Source of the DNA: Fonticula alba ATCC 38817
Lineage: Eukaryota > Protista > Nucleariida
NCBI GenBank assembly: GCA_000388065.2
Contig: KB932203.1
Strand: one strand, 5' to 3'
DNA: 40,322 nucleotides
The notes beneath the pieces are model-generated. The model worked only from the letters and a program-made list of their open reading frames with translations, was not told the origin of the DNA and made no database searches. A program made the position numbers and the translations under genes. Below, piece by piece: positions 1 to 10,600 of this stretch (positions within the stretch are counted from its first letter, which is position 1; each line of letters starts with the position of its first letter).

Positions 1-60
1 GGCCCGACCGCTGTCCCTCCCCCCCCCGTTCTCTCCTTCCCGCCCGTCGTGCACCCGGCC

Positions 61-1556
61 ATGCTCCGGCATTCCCTGCTGAGGTGCGTATCATCCCTGA
101 CTGCACACCCCCCCCCCCCCCCCCCCCGCCGCTGCTTCTCCCCATGTGGGTCTGCGCGCCTCTCATCCGCTGACTCTTGCGCCCGTTGCCCTCTGCCCCG
201 GTTGCCCTCCGCCCCGTCCCCCAGGCTTTCGGCTCTCCCCGGGCGAGTCGCTCCCCAGCTCCGGCACGCGCCGCGGGCAGCCGACATCCTTTCCCCCCCG
301 CTGGCGGGGGCCGGCCCTCGGGCCGGGGCTTGGTCCGCTGGCGGGGCCTTCCCCGGCGCGCGGGCTTTCTACGCGTCGGCCCTGGCCCAGCCGGCCCCGG
401 TCCCGTCCTCCGAGGAGCCCGCGGCCCCGGCCGGCGGCGTGGTCTTGGACAAGCCGTCGGTCGAGTCGCTGGTGGCCGCCGCCTCGCGCGAGATCCACCC
501 CTACGACAAGATGTCCTTCATCGGCTCGCAGCCGCCCCTCTCCGGGCCGCTCTGCAGCTCGGACACCGTCTGGTCGCAGGCGCCGCGCGTCAACGGCCTC
601 CGGGACCTGGTCTCCACCTACATGGAGCTGACCAAGTTCCGTCTGTCCATCTTCGTCACCCTGTCGGTGTCGCTCGGGGCGCTTACCTGCCCGGCCCTGG
701 CCATCGATGCGACCACCCTGGCTGCCACCTCGCTCGGGACCTTCCTCTGCGTGTCGAGCGCCAACTCGTGCGTGCCCTTGCCCGCCTCGCTGCGCCTCCC
801 CCTGGCAGATGGTCGCCTCGCCACTCTCGCGCCCCTCCTGACATGTGTTTCCCTTGCCCCGGCGCAGTTTCAACCAGCTCCTCGAGTACACCTATGACTC
901 CCAGATGAAGCGCACCAGCAACCGGCCGCTCGCCATCCGGAAGATCTCCCCCGGCCACACGGCTTCTTATGGTGTTGGTGCGCCCTTGCTGCTGCCCCCC
1001 CCCGCCAGGTTCCCCCGAGTTCCGGCCGCTGACTGTCTCGTCCTCCGCATCTCCCTGAAGCCGCCGGTCTCCTTGGCGGAGCCATGCTCAGCGCCATTAA
1101 CCCGCTGACCGCGGCCCTCGGCGTCGGCAACATCCTCCTCTACTCCGGTCTCTACACCTACATGAAGCGGACATCCCCCTTCAACACGCACGTTGGTGCG
1201 GTGGTCGGTGCTATTCCCCCGCTGATGGTGCGTCCCCGCCGCCCCCGACGCTTCGCCATCCTCCCCGCCTCCCCGGCAGGGCCACTCACCCCCCTCTCCT
1301 TGCCTGCCTCTCTCTCTCTCTCTCTCTGCCCCTTCCCCCCCCGGTTCAGGGCTACACCGCCCTCAGCAACGCGCCGCTGGAGCTCTCCGCCTACTCGATG
1401 TCGGCGTACTCCTTCCTGCTGCTGTACCTTTGGCAGTTCCCCCACTTCCACGCCCTCAGCCATGGAATTGTCACGGACTACACGCGTGCCGGCTATCAGA
1501 TGCTCACCACCTTCGACATGCGCAAGGCCTCCCGGTCCATCATGTACAGCTCCGCC
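61..1556 (+). CDS. COX10: Protoheme IX farnesyltransferase (heme O synthase), mitochondrial; 3' end lost in or after the gap at 1680-2359
   Basis: Exons 61-83, 225-767, 868-977, 1061-1227 and 1350-1556 join via GT..AG introns in phase. The first intron is in frame and less certain. Spliced product contains [74 protein letters not shown] and [12 protein letters not shown], which are UbiA/COX10 family motifs. The N-terminus is Arg/Leu/Ala-rich, like a targeting peptide. Confidence 0.95.
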
Positions 1557-2728
1557 GTGCGTATCCCCTGCCCCCCATCGGTGTTGGTGTTCCTCATCGC
1601 CGGCGTCTGCCATCCCTCCCCTGGTTATGCACCGGATCACTGATCCCCCCCCCCCCCCCCCCCCACCTGTCGCTGTCCCNNNNNNNNNNNNNNNNNNNNN
1701 NNNNNNNNNNNNNNNNNNNNNNNNNNNNNNNNNNNNNNNNNNNNNNNNNNNNNNNNNNNNNNNNNNNNNNNNNNNNNNNNNNNNNNNNNNNNNNNNNNNN
1801 NNNNNNNNNNNNNNNNNNNNNNNNNNNNNNNNNNNNNNNNNNNNNNNNNNNNNNNNNNNNNNNNNNNNNNNNNNNNNNNNNNNNNNNNNNNNNNNNNNNN
1901 NNNNNNNNNNNNNNNNNNNNNNNNNNNNNNNNNNNNNNNNNNNNNNNNNNNNNNNNNNNNNNNNNNNNNNNNNNNNNNNNNNNNNNNNNNNNNNNNNNNN
2001 NNNNNNNNNNNNNNNNNNNNNNNNNNNNNNNNNNNNNNNNNNNNNNNNNNNNNNNNNNNNNNNNNNNNNNNNNNNNNNNNNNNNNNNNNNNNNNNNNNNN
2101 NNNNNNNNNNNNNNNNNNNNNNNNNNNNNNNNNNNNNNNNNNNNNNNNNNNNNNNNNNNNNNNNNNNNNNNNNNNNNNNNNNNNNNNNNNNNNNNNNNNN
2201 NNNNNNNNNNNNNNNNNNNNNNNNNNNNNNNNNNNNNNNNNNNNNNNNNNNNNNNNNNNNNNNNNNNNNNNNNNNNNNNNNNNNNNNNNNNNNNNNNNNN
2301 NNNNNNNNNNNNNNNNNNNNNNNNNNNNNNNNNNNNNNNNNNNNNNNNNNNNNNNNNNNCACATCGTGAGCCTCCAACCATATCGGCATTCATCCTGCCT
2401 GCGGGCCATCCTCTCTCTCAGGTATCAGGCCCATCCCTCCCCCCCTCCCCCCCTCGTGTTCGCCCTTTAGACTCTCGACACGGGGAGCGCGGCATCCGCG
2501 CCCGGGGGCAAGAGAGATCGCCCCTCCCCCTCCTCGCCTCCCTTATGGGGGACAGCCGGGCGTCCTTCTCTCTGACAGCGAAAAAAAAGCCCCAGAAAAA
2601 AGAAAAAGAAAAGCCATACCCCATGCCTCGCCAGCCTCCCTCCTTTTCAATACAACCATATACATTTACGAGAGCAGCGGGTATGTGGGCCTGGGCCATG
2701 GGGAGATGCGATCTTCTTGGGGTGTATT

Positions 2729-3925
2729 TCAGGCCTCAATGTAATCGAAGTCTTCCGGGATGTTGAAAGAGGCCCGGAACTCCGACGGGGCGAGGGAGAA
2801 TTTGTTCGAGCAGTAGGACTGGATGTTGAACAGGTTGTCCGTCCAGCGGTTGGCCGCATCCAACAGCTCCTTGGTCTCCTTCTCTGTGGGGTCCGGTCAG
2901 CGGAGAGGGTGGGCGGGAGGGAGGAGTGGGAGAGAGAGAGAGAGGGAGAGAAGGTAGGGCGTGGGTCGACGTGGTTAGGGCACGGGTATCCAGGGCAAAG
3001 GAGGTGAGCGGGCAATGTGGTCATCGGGCGACATACGCTTGGCTTCGATGACCTCCGGGTCCATGGCCTTGTATTTGTCGATCTTCTCCCGGAGACGAGC
3101 ATTCTCGGCCTCCAGCGCTGCGAGCTCAGCCAGGTCCCGGGTCCGCTCTTCCGAGGGGGGCCGAGTGAGGAGCGCCTCGTCAAGGTCCGATTGGAGTTTG
3201 GCACGCTTTTGCCGTTCGTCCTCTACCGAGGCGGCAAGATCATCGCGGCGGCGCTTCGTCTGGGCAGCGGCGAAATCCAAATGCAGGAGTCAGGGGGGGA
3301 CATCTCGATCGGCGCTGCATGGTGTGTATGTGTGTGTATGTGTGTGTGTGTGTGTGTGCGCATACCCCCTGGACAGCCTTGCTGGGGAAGGCCCAATAGT
3401 AGATGGAGGAGCCAACCTTCTCGGAGTCCACAATGCGATCGTCGACCAGACTCTGGAGGACCTCTTTGACAGTTTGCGAAACTACATCCCAATTGGGAGC
3501 GAGGGGTCAGTCGCCGAGCCGGGCAATGACTGGTACCAGCAACAAGGGCTTTGACGCACTAATTCCCTTTTGAGCCGGGCAGATGCGCTCGAGTTCCTTG
3601 ATGTTAAAGAAACATTTCTGCCATGGTGGGGGGGGGGGGGAGAGGGAGGGGAGTATCGGTGAGCAGGGGAACATGGGAGCAACGAACGACGCGCAGATGT
3701 GCGCGCGACGAAGGGCACTGGGCGAGCGCGCACCGTCTCATAGAAAAGTTCCGTCATGCGCTTGCGCTTCTCCTCGAAGCTGAGGCCCTTGGCACGCTTG
3801 GACTAAAGGCGAAGTTAGGGGAAAGGTGCTCGAGCGGGGGGGGGGGGAAAGCTCGGAGAGAAGGGAGAGGGGAGGAGAAAAGGGGGAGGAGAGGAGAAAA
3901 GGGGGAGGAGAGGAGGAGGTACCAT
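2729..3925 (-). CDS. MND1: Meiotic nuclear division protein 1 (partner of HOP2)
   Basis: Exons on the minus strand: 3925-3923 (ATG only), 3802-3734, 3617-3560, 3481-3366, 3259-3037, 2883-2729; all phases match. Product: [77 protein letters not shown]...[21 protein letters not shown]...[12 protein letters not shown]. This matches the MND1 winged-helix plus coiled-coil pattern end to end. Confidence 0.96.
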
Positions 3926-4671
3926 AGTTGTGGGAGAGAGAACAACAGTAGGATGGCTGTCGCGGGGTGGACGAGGCAGCAGGAAAAAGGAGAGAGGGAG
4001 AGAGAGAGAGGGAGAGAGAGAAGAGAAACGAGAGAAGAACAGGGAATGCGTGTGTTTGTCTAACCCGCCACGGCAGATCCCGGATCGCTCACCCCGCGCG
4101 CCGATAAATGTGTATGCATGCATGCATGTGGCCCACAGATGCGCCTGGGATATCCCTCCGTGACATGGGGCTGGGGATTTCCCCCAGGGGGCTTTGGGCT
4201 GAGATGCATCCGGGCTGATGCGCCGGCATCTGGCTGCGGGACAGCCCCGTGGCGCCACCCGGTCGGGAGGTCGACTCGATCCATATGCCAACGCATGGGC
4301 ACCCGCCCCGCCCCGGGATATGTGCCCACCCCCGTTTGGAGAAAGCGGCCCCTCTGCGAGCGAGCGAGCGAGCGTGTGTGTGTGTGCTCACTTCCGCCCG
4401 GGGGCATCCCCCCCCCCCCCCCCCCCCCTTCCGAACCCTCAGGAGCCGGGACACCACACGACTCCATTGCTCAGGCGCGCAGGGTGCCCGGTCCGCTGGC
4501 AGAGGGGCGCCAAAGAACCAACACACCCTTCCTCGCCCGGGGGCTCGCGCGAGCGAGCAAAGATAGACAAATATATATATATAGTACATTGCATCGGGAG
4601 CGGTGGCGCGGAGGCGTGCTATGCACCGCACTAATGGTGTCGGCCCGGCCTCGGCCCTGCTCCTTCGCTCA

Positions 4672-7600
4672 TTAGCCATGCATGGCCAAGGCCATGGAGA
4701 TCTTTTGCCGGAAGACAGCGGCCATCGGCCGGGTGTGAAGGTTGGAATCCCAGGCGAGCTGGATCAAGTCCACAATGGGCGACGCTTGAAGGGTGGGATT
4801 CCGTTCGGGCGAGATGGCCTCTTGGATGTCGGGGCGCGCGCCGCCCACGCTGTTGGCAAGGATTTCCTCGAATCCAAGGCCTGCATTTTCCCCCAAGAGT
4901 CCCGCAGGGCGCACACGCGCGTCAGTATGCCATGACAAAGCCACCCACCAGCAAATGGCCAAGAAAGCGCACCCTCCCATGGGCTCTGCCGAGCCAGGGT
5001 TTCCCAGAGAAGCAGCGCGGCGGAGTACATATCCGCCGGCAGGCAGGCCTCCTTGGGGAGAGCCTGTTTCCGGTTGAAGGCCATGAAGACCTGCCGGCGG
5101 GCGAGAGGGCAAGCGAGGGCGGGGAGAGAGGAGGGGGGGGGGAGGCGGGGGGAGATCCCCGAAGCACACATGTTAGAGCGGGTATTTGTGAAGCGCGGGG
5201 AGGGGTCCCCCCCCCGGGGGAAGAGGTGGGCGGGCGAGAGGGAGGCTAAAAAAGACGCACCTCCGGAGCCGCGTAGCGTGCGGTAAGGGCATTCAGCGAG
5301 GGGATCGCCGAGGTCAGGGCATTCGACCGCTCCTCGGACAGGTTGCGGCTGGTGCCCAAATCGCCGAGGGCCGCATGCCAAGTCCCGTGTGCTCTTCCGA
5401 TCTGAGGGAGGCTAAAAAAGACGCACCTCCGGAGCCGCGTAGCGTGCGGTAAGGGCATTCAGCGAGGGGATCGCCGAGGTCAGGGCATTCGACCGCTCCT
5501 CGGACAGGTTGCGGCTGGTGCCCAAATCGCCGAGGGCCGCATGCCAAGTCCCATCTGGGCGCTGCATGACAAACACATTGCCCGGCTTCAGATCGCAATG
5601 GGCGATGCCTTGCGCGTGCATGGCCTCCAGGCCGGAGGCTGCAGGTGGCACACCGAGACCAGGGGGAGGGGGAAAAAAGAGGGAACATGGTGGGGATAAT
5701 CCGCGGGTCAGTGTGCAGGCATCGGTTCATGGGCATGCACGTGGGTGGACAGCAGGGAGGGCCGGAGGGCACCGCACGTACCCCACTGGCAGGCGATTCC
5801 CAGCAGCGCATGCACGTGGGTGGACAGCAGGGAGGGCCGGAGGGCACCGCACGTACCCCACTGGCAGGCGATTCCCAGCAGCTGGCACGTGTCCAGGGGG
5901 ATCTCCGACTGCAGGAGCGTCGACAGGTCCGTCTGGTAGCACTCCATCACAATGGCCGGCGGGGCATCGCTGTAGCCGTACAGCCGCACGACATTCGGCA
6001 CATCGCGCAGCAGCCACATCAGGGCCACCTCATTCTGGAAGAGGGTCATCTGGGTGGTGCTGCGCGCGGCGCCCTCCTCAGGCGCTTGATGGCCACGGTC
6101 GACGGGCAGCCCAGGCGATCGGAGATGCCAGCACCGACAGCCCGTGCGGCATACACGGTCGCCTGGGTGCCGGCACCCAGGTCGCCACTGTCGGTCAGCG
6201 GCATGAAGTCCGCGCCAATGTTAACCATGATCGATCCTGGCAGAGAGAGTTCTGTGTGCATGGGGAGGGAGGGGGAGGGGGGCGGAAACAGGGCGTCCGA
6301 CGTGAGTAAGGCCGGCACGAAACCAACAGAGGACCAGGGCCGACTTGATGGGTGCACGTACCGAGGATGGTGTTCAAGACCGTGGCGTCTGGGGGCCACA
6401 CGTCCACACATGCACATAGGAAGGGTTTTTTTTCCCGTCAGTCGCAAGCAACAAACACGGATTCAGGCTCACACAGGGCGCATGTTCAGCGAGGGCAACC
6501 CACGCCCAGGAAAGCAGCAGCGGGGCAGCCACGTACCGACATCGTCGTCGCCCTGAAGTCACCAAAAACACACCAACAGACACGTGCGTGTGCGCGAGAA
6601 CGCACATACACACACACACACGCAGATATGTGCGAACACGCACGCATGCATATGAGGAGGTTGGGGGGGGGGGGAACGGGGTCAGAGAAAGGGCACACAT
6701 CGGGGGGGTACCCGGGGCAGTGGGCGCACCTTGGGCGCCATAGGGGAGGCCTTCCGCCGGCGGGAGAAGTAAATCAAAGCCAAAGCCACCAGGATCAGCA
6801 GTAGCAGTGAAAGCAGACCCAGACCCACGCCAAGGCCGATGGCTGATGTAAAGGCAGGAGGCAGCAGGGTGAGCACCACAATGAGCACCAGGGGAGGGGG
6901 GCAGGAGGAGGAGGAGGAGGAGGAGGGGCCACATAATGGCCCAGGGCGAGGGGGAGAGCAACATACCCAGACGACTCTTCGGCGAGAGGCCGGACCACTC
7001 GGTGCATTCGGTCTTTAGAGGCCCCAGACAAGCAAGGCACCCTGCGGGGCAGGCCATGCATGCCGGGATGGCCGAGACCGCGGCCTCCTGGTCGGCGAAG
7101 AAGCCCGGCGGGCACTCCAGAACGCACCTGGCCGGGGCCCCGGGCTCCCGGTGCAGCAGGCGCCCGGACACGCACCGGTCGCACCCGGCCACAAGGGTGC
7201 ACGAGAGGGGGCCATCGGCCGCCGGCAGCCGGCAAGCAGGCACCCCGGCCGGCAGCTCGGCATCGGCGGCGCCCGTGCAGGCCTCGCAGTGCTCCGGGCA
7301 GGGCAGGCACACCCGGTCAGGCCCAGGCCCGGCCGGGTCGGCCGGCCGGGTGACCGCCGCAAAGACCGCCGGGCAGCCGGCCTGCAGGCAAACCCGCGAC
7401 TCGTAGTCCAGCCACCCGGCCGCCGGGCAGGAGGTGCAGCGCTCGGCCGATGCTTCGCATGTCCGGCAGCCGGCATGGCAGGGGCCGCACAGCTGGCCGC
7501 CCGGCTGGCGGAACTGCCCAGCCGGGCAGGAGACCTCACACCGACCCTCTGCGGTCAAGAAACGGCCGTCCTCGCAGGCGGTGCACACCGACGCGCATGA

Positions 7601-10600
7601 CGTCCCATCGAAGGGCTCGCACGCGGTGCAGCCGTCCGGACAGGCCCGGCACTGGCGGGCCGGGTGGCACCCGAAGAAGCCTGGCGGGCAGTCGGCCCGG
7701 CAGTGGTCCTGATGGAGCAGGGCACCTTCGGGACAGCCGAGACACTGGTTGGCCCCCGGCCCGGCGCACGAGGCGCACGACGCGTGGCACGGCACGCACC
7801 GGGGCCCGGACGGGTGGTCGGCCTGGGCGAAGTGCCTCTCCGGGCAGGAGGCCATGCACCGCCCGGTCGAGCTGGCCGGCGTCGACGGGAGCAGCAGCCC
7901 CCCGCTGGGGCAGCCAGTGCAGCCGGTGCTCTGGCCATTGGCACATGAGGCGCACTGGGCGTCGCAGCCGGCACAGGCATTCTCCCCGGGCAGGCGGAAG
8001 GCACCGGCCGGGCAGGCGGCCACACACTGGCCGGCCCACATCAATGGCGTGCCCGCCGTGCAGGAAAGGCACTGGTCCGGCCCCGGGCCGAAGCACGTCC
8101 CGCACGAGCCATGGCACACGGAGCAGGCCCCGCCGAAGGGGAAGGTCAATNNNNNNNNNNNNNNNNNNNNNNNNNNNNNNNNNNNNNNNNNNNNNNNNNN
8201 NNNNNNNNNNNNNNNNNNNNNNNNNNNNNNNNNNNNNNNNNNNNNNNNNNNNNNNNNNNNNNNNNNNNNNNNNNNNNNNNNNNNNNNNNNNNNNNNNNNN
8301 NNNNNNNNNNNNNNNNNNNNNNNNNNNNNNNNNNNNNNNNNNNNNNNNNNNNNNNNNNNNNNNNNCCCGGCCCGGCGCACGAGGCGCACGACGCGTGGCA
8401 CGGCACGCACCGGGGCCCGGACGGGTGGTCGGCCTGGGCGAAGTGCCTCTCCGGGCAGGAAGACACACAATGGCCGGTGGGGCCCGCCAGGACGGCCGGC
8501 TGCAGGAGCATGTCATTGTGGCAAGTGACACAGTCGGTGTTCAGCCCACCCATGCAGGTGGCACATTGGGGATGACAAGCAATGCAGACACCCTCCGTCA
8601 AGGGCTGGTAGGCGCCAGTCGGGCAGACGGCCACACACTGGCCGGCCCACATCAATGGCGTGCCCCCCGTGCAGGAAAGGCACTGGTCCGGCCCCGGGCC
8701 GAAGCACGTCCCGCACGAGCCATGGCACACGGAGCAGGCCCCGCCGAAGGGGAAGGTCAATGCGGGGCAGGTGTGCAGGCAGACAGCGGCCATCGGCCGG
8801 GTGTGAAGGTTGGAANNNNNNNNNNNNNNNNNNNNNNNNNNNNNNNNNNNNNNNNNNNNNNNNNNNNNNNNNNNNNNNNNNNNNNNNNNNNNNNNNNNNN
8901 NNNNNNNNNNNNNNNNNNNNNNNNNNNNNNNNNNNNNNNNNNNNNNNNNNNNNNNNNNNNNNNNNNNNNNNNNNNNNNNNNNNNNNNNNNNNNNNNNNNN
9001 NNNNNNNNNNNNNNNNNNNNNNNNNNNNNNNNNNNNNNNNNNNNNNNNNNNNNNNNNNNNNNNNNNNNNNNNNNNNNNNNNNNNNNNNNNNNNNNNNNNN
9101 NNNNNNNNNNNNNNNNNNNNNNNNNNNNNNNNNNNNNNNNTCCAGCCCCGGGGCGCACGCGGTGCAGTGCCCGGCCGACTGGTCACATTCGGCACACTCG
9201 ACATCGCACATCTGGCACTCGCCCCCGCCGGCGCCAGTCCCATCGACGGTTCCCGCGTCGGCGAACCAGCCAGCTGGACAGCCCGGCTGGCAGGTGCCCT
9301 CCGGAGTGAGCCACTGCCCGGCTGCGCAGGTCAAGCACCGGGTGGCCGTGCACGTGCGGCAGCCAGACCCACAGGCGACACACTCCCCGGGGCCGACGGT
9401 GCCACTGGCCCACCGGTGGCCGGCCGCGCACACGGTGCAATTGTCCTTGCTCCCGGAGCAGAGGGCACACGAAGGGTCGCATGCGGCACACCGGTTGGCC
9501 GCCGCCGGGAGGAAGTCCCCCGCGGCGCAAGTCGACCCGCAGATGCTGGCCTCATTGGGATCGGCATCCAAGAATACCAGCCCCGGCCGACAGGCCGTAC
9601 AGGCGCCAGCCCCCCCGGCGCAGGTGTGGCAGGAAGCATCGCACGGAGCACAAGCACCGGAGCCATTCGGGAAGAAGCCCACACGGCAGTTGGTGCACTT
9701 GACTGGCGACAGACACGAGGCACAGCCGGTCGGGCAAGCCAGGCAGGATGAGCTGGCTTGGTCGTTCCAGAAGCCCGGCGGGCATGAGGTCACACAGCGG
9801 TTCTCGTGCCAGGGCATGCCTGCCGGGCAGGTCAAGCAATCGGCGCCGGTCGGCCCGGTGCAGGTATGGCAGCTGAAATGGCAAGGCAGGCACACCCCGG
9901 CCGGTGTTGGCGCCGCCGCCGGGTCCACCTCGAGGAAGAACATATCCGGGCAGGCCGTGCACATGTGCCGGTCCAGGCTGGGGATAAGGCCACAGGTGTC
10001 GCACACCCCCGAGCACGGGGTACATCCACGGTGCGGCAGGGGCGTCGTGTCGGGCGGGCACTCCACCAAGCACACACCCGGCTGGTGAATGTGCCAAGCC
10101 CGACAAGCCAGGCAATCCTCCGGGCCCGGGCCCGTGCATTCATCCAGGCAGGATGCGTGGCATGGCTGACAGAGCGAGCCAAAGCGCCCGGCCGGGCAGG
10201 GGGCCACTGCCAGGTCCATACGCAGCACCTGCTGGCCCGAACATGCCAGCAGGAAGGACACACTGGGGCCGGAGGCCCCGTCAAGGGCCCCAGCCCCGGG
10301 CGGGGCCCCGGAAAAGGGCACAATGGTCATGGCACTTACGGTTGAGGAGAAGTTGATCGGCAGGGGGACGCTGACCCCGGGCAGAAGGCGACATAGGGCC
10401 GCCCCGCCGGCCGGGCAGTGGAATGAGGAGAAGTTGATCGGCAGGGGGACGCTGACCCCGGGCAGAAGGCGACATAGGGCCGCCCCGCCGGCCGGGCAGT
10501 GGAACATCGAAACCACCACCTGGTTCGACAGCAGCAGCAGCAGAGCCGACGGGAAGTCCGGCAGGCCGAGGGTCAGGGCGAAGATGCCGCCCAGTTGGAC

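Noticed and set aside
2360-2470. Final COX10 exon after the gap
   Set aside because: The open frame (HIVSLQPYRHSSCLRAILSL...) lacks recognisable COX10 C-terminal motifs; unresolved.
5238-5552. Apparent duplicated kinase exon (alternative activation segment)
   Set aside because: An Illumina adapter sits at the junction, so it is an assembly artefact.
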